The position numbers and the translations under genes are program-made. A stretch of DNA of 64,000 bases from Vicugna vicugna (lineage: Eukaryota), in the NCBI GenBank assembly GCA_013265495.1, contig MU058054.1, positions 62,001 to 126,000 of the forward strand, read 5' to 3'. The notes under the pieces were generated by a model. It was not told where the DNA came from, did not search any database, and saw only the letters and a program-made list of their open reading frames with translations. Positions within the stretch are counted from its first letter, which is position 1. Each line of letters begins with the position of its first letter. Below are positions 1-15,294 of the stretch, one piece after another.

Positions 1-2739
1 AGTAATGGATTAGCTTTTACATTTATGCCAGTTTTGGGTGGATTCTCTATCATTCGCAGTAAAAAAGAATACTGATTTTTTTTTACAGTAACTTTTAATT
101 AGCTCTCATGCTGAACTCAATTCTAACAATTCCTCACAACTGATTTTCTAGTAATTTTCTTGTATGAGAGTTCTTGTATAAAAGGAGCTAGAAGTTTCTA
201 GCTATATTACAACTCTAGACTAGAAAGGAAAATTACTTTAGTGTTTCAGTAACTACCTGGTAGTACAGACTGAAACACAATGACTAGGCACTTACGTTTT
301 TCTTAAATGTGTCATTTTCTCTAGCTGAGTAAGCATTAAGTATTTACCGTGAATTTTCTTCTGGTTTATAAATGTTGACCCTTTTTTGTCATCATATTAC
401 TATTAGTTGTATAATTGCATTTGGATATAGTTTAACAGCCATTTTCAAATCCATTTATGCTATCCTTTCTTTCTTAAGTGAAGTATAAGGGTAAAATATT
501 AACATTTGAGGAGCAACCTAAATTCATGAGCCCAGAAAAGGCTCCAAAAACTATAACTACCTAATATAAATATTAGGGATTTAAGAACAATTACCCATAA
601 CTGATTTCGTATTTACAACAGACTAACTAGAAAGTCCAGGCATTTTGGTAAATACTGATTTATGCTCTTAAAGTATACTACTTAAGAGAACTCAGTCTTA
701 TAAACTATTATGTTTACTTCCCTGCAGGAAGAAATGGAATTTCCTTCTGATAAGGATTAAGAGGACTCATGAGGTGAAGGTGGTGGCAAGTGAACCCATA
801 CCCAAGCATATTTGTTACGAATAGTGATCAGAGGGAAAACAGTTTTAAGTTAATGGATAATTCCTGACAAATATTTAAATTACAGAAGCATGTGCAAATA
901 GCTATTACCATCTTGAACTCCCATCTCTAAGCAGAGAAACTATAGGTTAAAAAGCAGAAATGAGTATCAAGATTAATCTAATGGAACTGACCCAGAAGAA
1001 TGGTCAAGCAAAAGTGAGCTTCTAGGATTTAGCTCCTTGCTCAAAGCCACCTTTCCTCTATGGTGCCTAATAATCATAAATAACGCCAGAAATTCTGTTT
1101 GACAACAGTCCCCGGGTGAGAAGAGTGTGATTCACTTGATCAGTCTGTTTCTCTGCTCCTCTCCTAACAAGAGCATCTTACCATGCTCACTAATGATTTT
1201 TCACACAACATGCCCCTAAACGTAAGCCAACTTCATCTATGTTCAACAACAACAACAAGAAAAAACCAGGAATCTGACCCAATGCTGGAGGAAACCTTAC
1301 TGTGCTATGTATCTATTTACACATGGTACACTATTGTAACTGAAGAATTTCAGGAATTCTCAGCAGTCAGGTTACTACATTGACTTTTAGAACCAACTCC
1401 CTTCACTCTACAGATCAGACTGTTTTCTTATTTTACAGACATTGGAAAGAAAACGGAGGAGTTTTGTGAAGGCTAGTAAGAGGTGCATCTAAAGGCCTGG
1501 AAAAAAATGCCACAGTAAGGAGCTAAAGGCACTAGACGCCTAAGAAGCAGGCAGAAGGAAGCGGCAGAAGCATGAAGACAGACAAATAGGAAGATGCCAA
1601 AGACAACTTCCCACTGAAATTTGGCCTGGGCCAGTTTTGCACCAAGGTAAGAGAGTATTTTCTTCCTGCTCCTCCAGTTCACCTTCTGTACCACAAAACC
1701 TTCCATTCAGAAAATCTGTAAGGTCTAAAAATCAAAGAGTATTTTCCTCATGGGCACAGAGATAGGTGTTTAACCATCATTTTTAGCCTTGATGAGGAAG
1801 AAAAGGGGATGCAAATGGCTTAATATCTCTAACATACACATTCTCATATCTTTCTTTTCCTCTCTCCAACTCTGGGTGCAAGTGAATATACTCTGTCTTT
1901 TACACACACATATTTATGCATGCAAATGCATGTATATGCAAACTAGAGTATAAAAAAATCAACTGGAAAAATAAGAATCACCTTTAATTGAATCAATATC
2001 TAAACTATAGTATGCCATGCAGAAGTATGCTTTGCATTGACCCTCAGTTGAAGAAATGAATTAGACTAATAATTGTCATTTTTTAAAGGGTGAAATGTTT
2101 AATTGTGTGAGATGATTGCTTAGGTATTAAAAAAATTAGTGTCTATCCTCTAATTTTATATAGAAAATCTCATATATGTAAGGTAAGAAGAGATACAACA
2201 AATTACTATCATTAAGAATTATAATTTCATTTCATACAAAGTTAAAAAACATTTCAGAAGTTACTTTAAAAACATAATGGAGGTAAAGCTAGAGGTGAAA
2301 TACTAGATTGGGGAGCAAAGTAGAAGGAAACTGCAGACTTAGAAAGGCTGATATAGATTACTCGTTAGGCAGTAAAAGCTCCAGCATTTTAATTCTAGTC
2401 ACACTAAGTTAAGTGTCATTCTCCTCCAAAAAGTCTCATTTAGCAAACTGAAATCTTATGATGAGAAAGTGAGAATTAATATGAAAAAAACCCATCACAT
2501 ACATTATCATCTTGGCTTTAAACTCACTTCAAAATCAAACCATAAACTACGTAAGCATAAGCAAATTATACACAAACACATGAATAACAAATACATACAT
2601 ATGATAATTTCTGGTGTACAGCACGTTTCAATTAACACATTATAAAATGACTATACTTCAATTTTGAAAAATGAGAAAGAAAATAAAGTACTGTTTCTAA
2701 TTAAAAATATATATATATGGCCTGGTTCTCTTTATAAAA

Positions 2740-2865
2740 ATTTTTTTGGTGGGGGAAGTAATTAGGTTTATTTAATCATTTTTTTAAATGGAGGTACTGG
2801 GGATTGAACCCATGACCCCGTGCAGGCTAAGCACATGCTCTACCACTTGAGATATACACCCTCCC
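2740..2865 (-). mobile_element. tRNA-derived SINE (camelid Vic-1-like)
   Basis: Minus strand has A-box (ctcaagtggtagagc) and B-box (gggttcaatccc) followed by an AT-rich tail; TSD gcctggtt..ctttat on both sides. Confidence 0.85.
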
Positions 2866-3754
2866 TGCCTGGTTTACTTTATCTTAACCATGGGATGAAT
2901 TCTAGAGAAACTTCAACCTTAAGTAGAAATAGAAGCTATAGCATCAAGGCCATCTGTTAAAGAATGATGTATCATTTCTATTAAAAAGAACGTTAACAAT
3001 TCACATCCTAAGTGAACTTGAAAACATGAATTTCCTAATCTGCTAAATGGAAAAAATTACAATTTGACACATTAAATATTGTTATAGCTGCACTCTCTTG
3101 GTGGAGCTTTAACTCAATTCACAATGTATTCCTCAGATTTTCTTAGCCCACCCCATCTATCTTGAGTTGAATGACTGACATCTAGCTTGTGGACTCTACA
3201 GAGACTTCCCAAAATAATCTGAAATAAAGTACTAAAGTGAATGTATATTTCTCCGTTTGACAGCAAGTCTTTCATAACCATAATTATTGAGTCTATTAAG
3301 ATTTTGACTCTCATCATGCATGAGGGAGTATGTTTCTTCTGTCAATGATTCTTATGTAAGCTTTGTTAACATAAATTTTGAGGAAATAGCCACCAACATA
3401 TTTCTGATAAAATCAACCAATGAATACACTAATGAAGGGGGAAAGAGGCAAGGCACAATGATTACATGAAAAATTAATGATGGCGGTAAGAAAATTTAGG
3501 CTTAAATGTGCTTGGTAAATTTTAAATAGTAACTACTTATAGAACAGAAATAGAAGGTAGAATTCCCAAATCACTAGAAAATGAAAGGAAAATAAAGAAA
3601 GCAAAATTCATCTCACAGAGGTCAGGAAAGAAAAATAAAATGACAAAAGGAAACAAAGACCAAATGTAACAGTGATAACATAAATGTAAGAATATGTTAC
3701 ATTTTCAGAGTGAGTTTTCTTAAAAGCTAGATGCTTGCTATTTATAAGAGAGAA

Positions 3755-6700
3755 ACCTGCCACAATGAGAAACCACTTCATACCCACTAGGTTGGCTCAT
3801 AATCAAAAAGACAATAATCAGTGCTGGCAAGGATGTGGAGAAACAGGAACCCTCATATGTTACTGGTGAGAGTGCAAAATGGTACAGTTCCTTTGGAAAA
3901 CAGTCTGGCAGTTCTTCAAAGGTTAGACACAGAGTTACCATGAGACCCAGTAATTTCATTCCAAGGTATATAATCAAGAGAACTGAGAACATACATCCAT
4001 ACAAAAACTTGTACATAAAATAAATATTCATAAGCATTATTCAAAATAGTGAAAAAGTGGAAACAACCTAATGTCCATCAACTGATGGATTTTTAAAATG
4101 TGGTATATCCATACAATGGAATATTATTTTGCTATAAAAGGAATGAGTACTGATACATGCTGTAACATGGATAAACCCTGAAAATGTTATCCAGAATAGG
4201 GAAATCCATAAAGACAAAAATTGCATTAGTAGTTCCAGGGGCTGGTGAGCTGGGACTGGAGAGTGAATGATAATGAGTACATGGTCTCTTCTTGGGATGA
4301 TGAAAATGTTCTAACACTGACCATGGTAATGGTTGCACAACTCTGAATATACTAAAACCAATAAATTGTACACTTTAAAAGGGTAAATTTTATGTTATAT
4401 AAGTTATATATCAATAAAGCTGTTATTTAAAACACACAGAACATTCTAAAATAAAATGCCACAAAAAGTTGGAAAGGAAAATCCCAAAGAACAAAGTTTC
4501 TATCAGGCAAATGCTAACAAAAAGGAAACTTAAAAAAAAATAACAACACAAAACAAAGTAGAATTTACGGGGAAAAGTCTGAAAGCAGGAGAAATTGAAA
4601 AATCAATTTCTCTTGAGACTTTTGCCTAGGATTAAAAACAAAGAAAGGATGGTTATTTTCACCACTACTATTCAACACTGTAATGGAATCCCAATCAGTG
4701 TAATAAAGCAAGGCAAGTATATGAGTGGCATGTAAGATGGTAAAAGAAGAAATAAAACTGTCCCTATTTGCAGACGACATTGTAGTCTATGCAGAAAATT
4801 CCAAAAGATTTACAGAAGACTTTCTAGAACTAAGAAGTGAGTTCAGCAAGGTCACAAGCTATAAAAGTCAACAATAACAAAAAAATCAATTCTACCTCTA
4901 TATACTAGCAATGAACACATGAAAATCAAAATTTAAAATTCAGTAACATCCATAATCACTCAAAAAAGTGAAACACTTAGGTATAGCTTTAATAAACAAG
5001 TACAAGACTTGTATACCAAAAATTACAAAATGCTGATGAACTAAATCAAGGATGAAAAATAAATGGAAAGACATACCATGTTCATATATTGGAAGACTCA
5101 ACATAGAAAAACTGTTAGTTGTCCCTAAATTGAAATGCAGGTTTAATTCATTTAGTATCAATCCCAGTAGATTTTTTTTGTTGAGACAGACACGATAGTT
5201 TTAAAATCTGTGTGGAAAGGCAAACTATATTAGTTATAAGAATTTTTACACCAAAGAATAAAATTAAAGAAATGACTTTACTCAATTTTAAAACATTATA
5301 CAGCTACAGTAATCAAGATCATGTGATGTAAGTGGGAGACAGACCACAGATCAGTGGAACAGAACAAAGGACCCGGAAATAGACTCATACAAGTATGGAC
5401 AACTGATTTTTGACAATGGTGAAAAACTCAACGGAGGAAGGAAAGCCTTTTTAAACAAATGGTATGGCAGTAATCAGACATCTTTTAATGAACCTCAACC
5501 TAAACCTCACCTTATATAAAAGGTAACAATAAATGGGTCATAGATCTAAATGTAAAACATAAAAATATAAACCTTTAAGAAAAAAAACCACAGCAGAAAA
5601 TCTTTTCCATCTAGGGTTGGGCAAAGAGTTCTCTGACTTGACATCAAAAGCACGATCTACAAAGGAAAAAAAATTTAATTTTGCTTTGCACAGTACCCTA
5701 TTAAGAGGACTAAAAAAACCACTACAGAATTAGAGAAAATATTTGCAAACTACATACCCAACAAAGGACTAGTATCTAGAATACATAAAGAACTCTGAAA
5801 ACTCAATAGTTAAAAAAAACCCCAAAAAACCAACCAAGCACTCCAATTAGAAAGTGGCAAAAGAAATGAAGAGAAAATTCACTAAACAGAATATTCGGAT
5901 GGCAAGTAAGTAAATAAGATGTTCAATATTATTAACTATTAAGGCAATGCAAATTAAAACCATGAAGAGATATCACTGCACATCTATCAGAATGGTTGAA
6001 ACAAAAAAAATAATAACACCAAATGCTGGCAAGGATGCAGAGAAACTAGATCACTTCTGCACGGCCAGTAGAAATGCAAAATGGTATAGTCATTGAGAAA
6101 AATAATTCTGCAGTTTCTTTTAAAGCTAAAGATGAACTTAACCATATGGCACAGCAATTGAACACTTGGGCATTTATCTCAGAGAAATGAAAACTTAACT
6201 TTCACACAGAAAACTTGCATATGAATGGTCATAGCAACTTTATTCATAAGAGCCAAACACTGAAAACTATCTAAATATCCTTCAGTGCATAAAATGGTTA
6301 AATAAATGGTAGTATATCATACAATGGAAGACTTCTCAGCAATAAAAAAGAATTACTGATACACAAAACTTGAATGAACCTCAAAGAAATTACGTTGAGT
6401 GAAACAAAGCCAATCTTCAAAGGGTGTATAAGGCATGATTCCTTTTATGTAACACCGGTGAAATAACAATTTTGAGACAGAGAACTGATTAGTGGTTGTC
6501 AGGGACTAGAGATGGAGGAGGAGGGTAAGGGAGGCTATGAAAGAGTAGCAAGAGGTAGTATCGGGGAGTTAGTAAAGTTAAATATCTTGATTGTGGTGGT
6601 GGTTACATGAGGCTACCATGTGATAAAACTACAGAGCTATATACATACACAAATGAGTGCATAAATAACTTTATATATAATGTAAATATATATTATTTGA

Positions 6701-9700
6701 ATATAATTTGAATAAGCCCTGTGAATTTACCAGTGTTAATTTCCTGGTTATGATACTGCACTATAGCGAGGAAAGATGCTAACAATGAGGGAGGCTGGGT
6801 GAAGTGTACACAGGATGTTACTTCCTGTACACTTCTTTGCAACTTCCTATGAATCTATAACTATTTCAACATCAAATGTTTTCAGAAAAAAAAACACAAG
6901 CTACGGACTGGAAGAAAATATTTGCAAATCATGTATCTAGGGACTAGTATCTAAAATATATAAAGCAACTCTCAAAATTCAAAACGATACAATAAAAAAC
7001 ATGAAAGACACGCACAGACATTTCAGCAAGGAGGTTACAGAGATGGCAAATAAACACATGGAAAGATGTTCAACATCATTAACCATTAGGGAAATGCAAA
7101 TTAGAACACAATGAGGTAGCACTACATATTTCATAAAAAAGTGACAACAACAAATATGCTGGCAAGGATGCATCTCATACTTTGCCACTGAAAATGTAAA
7201 ACGGTGAAGACACTCTGGAAAATAGTCAGTTGTTTTCTCAGACAAACTAAACACACACTTATACTTATGATTCAGAAATCTCACTACTGGGTATGCACCC
7301 AGAAAAAAGGAAACTTATGTCCATACGAAAGCTGTACGTGTGTGCTTAAAATAACATTATTTGTGATAGACAAAAGTTGGAAAAAAACAAAATGCCCTTC
7401 AATAGGTGAAAGGGTAGAGAAACTATGACATATGCACACCATGAGATACACCATGAAACAGCAATAAAAAGTAATGGAATGCAAATTTCCAACACCAATC
7501 ATAAATAAAGTCAAAAGATATTACACTAGAAAAGAGCTGCAGTTTCTTAATTCTGCAAATCAGAGGAAAAGTTCAATGAACCAATTTTTAAGTGGGCACA
7601 GTTTAAAAACAGTTCAAAGAAAAAGAAATATAACCATCTCAAACAAATAAACCTCATTCTCACTCAAGAGAAATGGAAGTTAAAACAGTCATGAGGTACA
7701 AATACTCACCTAATAATTTCAAAAGATCAAAAAGTTTAATAACACACAGTATTGCTGAAGGAATAGGGAAGAAAATACTCTGCGTTGCCACTAGGATTAT
7801 GAATTAACACAAGCCTCTGGAAAGAAATTTGGCAACATCTATCAAAATCTTAAACATACATTCTACTTCTAGGAATTTATCTTACAAAAATATTGGATAT
7901 ATTTAGACATGTGCACAGTGATATATATCACAGAACAATTTCTGTAATGCTGTTTTTAACAGCAGGAAACTAAATGTCAATCAACAGGAGAATATTTAAT
8001 AAAGCACAGCCTAATCAATTGCATACTAAGTAGATGCTAAAAAAAGAATGAGGCAAATATGACTCAGACAACCTTCTGGAAAGACATAAAAGGAACTGAA
8101 AGCAACACCGGTAGTTGAAATATAGGTTGGAGAGGGACTTCTTTTCATTAAAAACTCTTGTAACTTTTGGTTTTTGTATTAAGTAAAAATGTATTACCTA
8201 TTCAAAATTTTTAATTACAATAAAAAATTAAGTAATTCATGTTAGTGGGGAAATATACAAACAGATCAGGAGAACAGAGTAAGGTCTGGAAAAAACATTC
8301 AAAGCAGTCTGAGAAAATAAGAGCCTTCTCTCATATAAATAAAAATAAAATGAAGAACTAATTGAAAAAAACCCACAAATGTCAAATAGAAAATGTAGGG
8401 AATTTTTAATTTACTCATCTAGGACACAGGATAGGTCATCAAAAATCAGACAAAATCCAAAAGCCACACTGTTTAATAGAAGAAAAGCAATTAACATAAG
8501 AAATAAAGAACAAAAACCAGAGTCATCTCAACAGATGGAGGAAAAAGCATTTAAACAAATTCCAACACAATTTTGTAATCAAAAAAATTCAACAAAATGG
8601 GCATCTATGAAAAAAATTCACAGCTAATGTCATACTCACTGGTAAAAGACTAAATGCTTTCCCTCTAAAGAGGGAGATTAAGAATGTCCACTCTTCAAAT
8701 TCAACAGCGTATGAAAAGAATTATATACCATGACCAAGTGGGGTTTATAGCAAAATGCTAGGATGGTTCAAAATATGAAAATTAATCAATGTAACAACTG
8801 TAATACAATGAAAAAAACCACATCATCTCATTTGAAGCAGAAAAAGTATCTGACAAAATTCAATATCCCTTCATGACAAAAGCACTCAATAAACTAAAAC
8901 TAGAAGGAAATTATCTCAACATAATAAAGGCCACATATGAAAAACCCACAGCTAACATCATTCTTCAACAAGATCAGGAACAAAGTAACTCTCTATTCAA
9001 CAACATACTAGAAGTCCTAGCCAGAGCAATTAGGGAAGAAAAAGAAATAAAAGGCATCCTAATTCAAAAGGACATAAAATAATCTATGTTCACAGACAAT
9101 ATGATTTATATGTAGAAAAACCTAAAAATCCTACAAAAAGCAATTAAACAAATCCAGGAATGTCACAAAACACAAAATTAACACTCAAAAATCATTTCTA
9201 TATGCATTTCTATACAATAACAATGATCAATCTGAAAAGGAAATTAAGGAAACAATTTCATCTTCTATAGCATCAAAAAGAATGAAATACTTAGGATTAA
9301 ACTTAACTAAAGAGGCAAAAGACTTAAATGCTAAAAATTACAAACACTGCTGAAAGAAATTGACACAAATAAATGGAAACACACCCAGTGCTCAAGGATT
9401 GAAAGACTTAATATTGTTAAAAATGTCTGTATTACCCAAAGTGATCTGCAGATTTAATACAATCCATATCAAAATCCCAATGGCATTTTCTGCAGAAATA
9501 GAAAAAAATTATCTTAAAATTCATATGGAATTTAAAGGGACTCCAAGCAGCCAAAACAATCTTGAAAAAGAACATAATCAGAAGTCTCATATTTCCTGGT
9601 ATTAAAAGATGTAACAAAGCTACAGTAATCAAAACAGTGTGGTACTGACATAAAGAGAGACAAATAGATCAAGGGAACAGAAAAGAGCCCAGAAATAAAC

Positions 9701-12080
9701 CCTTGCATATAAAGTCAAAAGGTCTTTGACAAGAGTGCTAAGACCACAAAATGAAGAAAGAACAGTCTCTTCAAAAGGTGCTGGAGAAACTGGAAATCCA
9801 CATGTAAAATAGTAATGTTGGACCCTTCCCTTACAGCATATACAAATATTAACTCAAAATGAATTGAAGACCTGAAACTATAAGACTGCTAGAGGAAAAC
9901 ATAAGGGAGATGCTTTATGATACTGGATTTGGTAATGATTTCTTAGATATGACACCAAAAGGATAGGCCAAAAAAGCAAAAATAGACACTTGGGACTACA
10001 TCATGCTTAAAAACTCACACACATCAAAGGAAACAACAGAGGGAAAAGGCAACCTACAGAATGGCAGAAAATATTTGGAAATCATGTATCTGATCAGGGT
10101 TTAACATTAGAATAAATAAAAAACGCCCATAACTCAACAACAGAAAAACAACCCAATTTAAAAATGCACAAAGGACTTAAAAAGACATTCCTCTCAAGAA
10201 GATATACAAATGGCCAACAAGTGCATGAACAGATGCTCAACATCATGAATCATTAGAGAAATGCAAATCAAAAGCACAATCAGATACCACTTCAGACCAG
10301 TTACTATGACTACTATAAAAAACAGAAAATAGTGTTGGTAAAGATGTGGAGAAACTAGAACCCCCGTACACTGTTAGTGGGAATATTAAATGGTACAGAC
10401 ACTATAGAAAATAGTATGGTGGTTCTTCAAAACATTGAAAATAGAAGTACCACATAATCCAGCTCTCTCACATTTGGATATATATCCAGAAGAACTGAAA
10501 AGAGGATCTCAAAGAGATGTTTGCAAGAGCCGAGAGGTGGAAACAACTTAATGTCCACCTAGATTAATGGTTAACCAAGTGTGATACATGCATACAATGG
10601 AATACTAGCCTTAAAAAGGAAAGAAATCCTATCACAAGCTACAAAACAGATGAAACCGGAGGGCACTGTGTTAAGGGAAATAAGCCAGTCACAAAAAGAC
10701 AAGTATCATATGTTTCCACTTACATGATGAATCTAAAGTAGTTAAATTCTTAGAAACGAAAGTGCAATGGTGGTTACCAGGAGCTGAGGGGAGGAGAAAT
10801 GGGGAGTTGTTTACTGGGTATAGAGTTTCAGTTTTACAAGATAAAAAAATTCTAGAGGTCTGTTGTACAACAATGTGAATATACTTCAACACTAGTCGCA
10901 CAATAATGTGGATATACTTAACACTACTGAAATGTACACTTAAAAACAGTTAAGATGAAAAATCTTTTACCACAATTTAAAAAAATTGTTAAGGAAATTA
11001 TACACATCCCATTAAAAATAATTATACACCTGCAAAAGAATGAAGTACTTATGCATGCTGTAACATGGATGAACACAAAACATTATGGTAAGTGAAAGCC
11101 AGTCACTGAAGGCCATATATTCTGTGATTTATATGAAATATCTAGATTAGGCAAATCCAGAGACCGAAAGATGATTAACGGTTTTCAGGAGCTGGGAAGA
11201 GCAATGAATGGGAGTGACTGCTAATCACTACGGTGTTTCTTTTTCCAGTGATGATAATTTTTTAATTAAATAGTGGTGATAGAATCAGAACTCCATGAAT
11301 ATACCAAAAATCAATGAATTGTTTGCTTTAACAGGGTGAAGCTGTTAATTTAAAAATACAAACACCATAAAAGTAATAATTAACAGACTGGACAACTTGA
11401 TTGTTTTCAACTTCTGTGAAATGAAAGATACTATAAATTACATAGTAAGATATGTGACAGATCAATGTAAACTACTTAATACATAACACACAACAGAGGG
11501 TTGGCTAGTATGTATTACATACAAAGTACAAAACAATTATTAAAAAAAAAGACTAGAAAAATGAGCAAAGAATATTAACAAGCAATTCATGGACTATAAA
11601 TGATTAATAATCATTAAAACGTTCAACTTCAGCAGTAAGCAAATGTATGTAAATTAAAATAAGACTTTCTATTTATCATTTTATAAAAATTATTTAAATT
11701 ATTGCTAAAACTGTGGGTGAGAGGCACTCTCATAAGAATGTTGCTGATTGGAGTATAAACTTTTGGGGGGTTAGAGGGATGATGCAATTTGACAGCAAAT
11801 TAGAGTTATGCATATCCTTCGACCTAGCAAAACTACTTTAAATGTAAAGAAATACTTAAGTACAAACATATATTCTCATATATAAGGATGTTCACTGGTA
11901 GAGGAGCAAAAAAAAGAAAAGAAAAGAAAAGAAAAGAAAAGAAAAGAAAAGAAAAGAAAAGAACCTATCCATGGAAAGGAGAAAATTTAAGTTTATGCTT
12001 ATACTATGATGCATTCTGTAGGAGTTCAAAGAAATGACCCGATCTACGTGGGAAAGGTGTATAATAATGCAGTATGATGT
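3755..12080 (+). mobile_element. Cluster of old, fragmented L1 elements (L1MA/MB/MC/ME-type ORF2 and 3'UTR pieces), antisense to PIAS1
   Basis: Decayed ORF2 peptides (8873-9082 [26 protein letters not shown]; 9360-9605) and several separate L1 3' ends (~4430, ~6880, ~10985, ~11340). Confidence 0.9.
11915..11962 (+). repeat. (GAAAA)n microsatellite
   Basis: About 9-10 tandem GAAAA units. Confidence 0.95.
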
Positions 12081-12631
12081 TAAATACAATTCAGAAGATG
12101 TGGGGTGTGGAAAATCTCTTTTTTTAAAGCATCCTCAGTAATTCTGACTCAACTACTCCACAAGACAAAAATGCTAAATTCATGATCCCTGGTAAACATA
12201 ATCCCTTTAATTTTTATCCTTAGGTTATGCCGTTTAGTTTACTTTGCCTTGTGTTTTCTAAGATGAATTAATGTATGTTTGACTCCTCTACTAGATCATG
12301 AACTCTTGAATAACTTTTTTTCTTTTAGCAACTAGAATGGTGCTTGGCACAAAAATAACAAACATTAGTTAAATACATAAACTTTTTTAAAAATCAAAAA
12401 TAAGTTATTTTTCTATTTATGTTGTTTAAAAAGTCTCGGAATGGAGAAGACTGTACTTTCATGGTTATCAGTATTCACATAAAATTGAAAATATGCTTTA
12501 TTAAAATCTTTGTTCTTCTGGAATATTTTACAGTGGCTTGATCCATATGGAAAGGATAAAAATTAGCAAAAAAGTAAGAACTAAAGAAAAAATTAACCAA
12601 TAAAATAAGTGATGAATCCTCTGTAACTTCA

Positions 12632-13030
12632 TTTTTTTTCAAGAGAACAAATTCACACTTTGATTAACTTTTCAAAAAGTTAAATCCTTGAGGGGTACAG
12701 CCTCATATGGATTGTGTCCAATGGCCTTAGCAGGAAGGTTGCTTCAGAATTCGCACACAAACCTATGCCACTGTTTCCGTGAGCACGAGTTACCTTTCCC
12801 CAGATTACTCTGGTTTTGTTCAGTTTTCCACCAGGAATTAGTGTGGTGTTCTCTGCTTTGTACATATAAGCACAGCTTTTGCCTAGATAGAATTCAGCTT
12901 CTTCTCAAGCATAAACACCTCCAATTTTAAGAAGAGCTGTATGCTCCCTCTGGTTCTAGAGACCCTGCTTACAGCCAGCAAAAATGGCCTTGGACAGCAG
13001 CCTCCACAGGCTCCAAGATGACTGAAAAAG
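12632..13030 (-). pseudogene. RPL35A: Processed pseudogene of ribosomal protein L35a
   Basis: Intronless. Translated pieces SKAIFAG..., [17 protein letters not shown] and LYPSRI* match RPL35A. It has an in-frame TGA near 12906, a frameshift near 12765, a 5' pyrimidine (TOP-like) start, a short A tail, and a degenerate TSD ctgtaacttcatttt (12621) / ctataagttaatttt (13031). Confidence 0.95.
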
Positions 13031-13395
13031 CTATAAGTTAATTTTACACTTCTCTTTTATTCAGTTATTTTAGAAGAACTTAAAAATTTTACTTGTAATT
13101 TTTTTCTGCACTATTTTTGAGGAGTCTTACAATCTGCATCTTATTTTTAAGGCCTCTCTACATCTTAGAAAATGCTGTAAATCATTTTCTTTAAAGCAAA
13201 AAAGGTTTTGCTCCCATCAAATATTAGAAAATCAGCGAGATTTTGAGATTAACTACATATACTTGTAATTTCAACAGAATGAATCTAGCAAAAACCTGAA
13301 ATACAGACTGGACTGAAAAAATTGAATTTTTCTTTAAAATATTTAGGTATTGAGTAATGAGGGGTCTATAATTTTAACACTTTAAAAAAATCTAG

Positions 13396-13532
13396 CCACA
13401 GGGAACTATATTCAATATCTTGTAGTAATCTATAATGAAAAAAAAAGAAAACAAGCATATGTATGACTGAAACATGCTGTACACCAGAAATCAATACACT
13501 GTAACAGAGTATACGTCAACTAAAAAAAAAAA
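13396..13532 (+). mobile_element. Short young L1 3' end
   Basis: cacagggaactatattcaatatcttg...gtacaccagaaat with poly-A; short TSD atctag. Confidence 0.8.
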
Positions 13533-15294
13533 TACTAAGATCTAGAGGTGATAAATCAAAATTTCATCATATGTACTGTGAATTTCACACAGGTCCAACC
13601 TGATCTACTGAAATAAAACTCCATTTACAGTATGTACTGGTACGGATTATCATGTAAATTAAAATGTCAAGCCCTCTTTCAATGTATGTACGAAATACAG
13701 AAGACTTTCAGTAGTTCTCCACACAGTAAATTACAACACAGTGATCCTATTTGTAGAATTCTCCAAAAGAATTCTACAGAAAAAAATCAAGAAGATTTCT
13801 CTAAATAAAAAAGAGAGCAAAAGATGTTATAAGATTGCAAAACTATTTTAAAGGACAATTAAAAATCTACTTTTTTTTTTAATACATTATGTTACACAGG
13901 AGTATTGGCTTTGGAAGCAAATTTGTGTTCAAATCATGACACCTTCACCTCAGTTTTGTGAATTACCTTCTTCAGTTCTCAGTTACTACCTCTTTCATAA
14001 AATTTAGGCTATTAGTCTAACCTTTCAAAGCTGTCTGAAGGCTTAAATGAGACAGCAGTTATAAAACCCCTAGCTTAATGCCTGTTAGAGTATGTAACAA
14101 TTTTTAGTTGTGTATCCCATTTCTCTCAACTCATGTATTAAAAGACCTTACAATCAATTTTAACCAAGCCTCAAAATATTCCACATAGTAAATATACCAC
14201 ATGTTAATTAAATATTATTCTACTATTGGATGTTTAGGTTATTTCTAATTTTCATAGTAGAAATAATGTTACAATGAATATTCTTAGGTTTGGGTTTCCA
14301 AAGGTGGAATTAGTAGATCAAAATGTAGTTTTAAGCTCTTGCTAGTTACTGACAAGCTGTATCTTCAAAGAGCTGTAATAATTTATATTGCTACCAACAG
14401 TAAACAACCATTTCAATAAATCTCATTGATACTTAATAGAAACACATATATATTTTAATGCAAGCTACAGAAGAGATTTAAAACCTCACTGCTGACCTAT
14501 TTTGAGTTTTCTTTAAGAACGAGTGAAATTGAGTATTTTTTCATGTTTCCTAGTTGCATTTCCCCTTTAATAACTTACGTTTTCATACATTTTGCCTGAT
14601 AGAGTCTTAATATCCTTCATTTGATTCCAATATTTTTTATTTGGCATTTACCTTTACATTTGGGCTTTTTTTAAAAATTGATGCAAAGAGGTTAACATTT
14701 TTATATAATTAAATCCATCATATCCCTGAGGTTTCTTAAATTGTATGTAAACATAAATTGCTAACTTTACATGGAGAGGTGGTGAAAAGAAGTACAAAAT
14801 GCTAAGAGTAGTTTTAGTGATTTCCCCTTTAATTCATATCTTCTGTAATAAAATCATTAATTTTAAAATTAAAATAAAATTTCAGAGCAGATATAAAATA
14901 TTAAAAAATACAGCACCAAAATAAACATTGAAACAAAACTCTAGGAACTGCAGAGAAGTAGAGGTGATTAATTTTTTTTAAATAACAGCCTTTTTATTCT
15001 TACCTATGTTGAAGTGATTTAATTCTCATTCTACATTCAACATCTAGCTTCTTTTCCACTGCAAAATGCCCATCTTTGGCACATCTAAGGCTTATTTACA
15101 TTTTAGTGTTAAATTTAGCAGCAGTAGTACCAAAGAACTAGAATGACTAATCCCCACTCAAAAGTATTGGGGTCATCTGCAGGCACTAGAAACACTGAAG
15201 TCGTATGGCTCAAGAAAGGGAATGGCTTAAAATTACCTTCTAATCACTCAGATAGCTATCAACAAAATTTCATTTAAAAAAAAAAAAGGAAAGA

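Noticed and set aside
3738..12089. Numerous 60-100 aa ORFs
   Set aside because: Fragments or antisense frames of decayed L1 ORF2 and 3'UTR.
15004..15058. Possible 55-nt cryptic exon with a strong TAG|gtaaga donor
   Set aside because: The acceptor has a poor pyrimidine tract, so it cannot be distinguished from a chance pseudo-exon.
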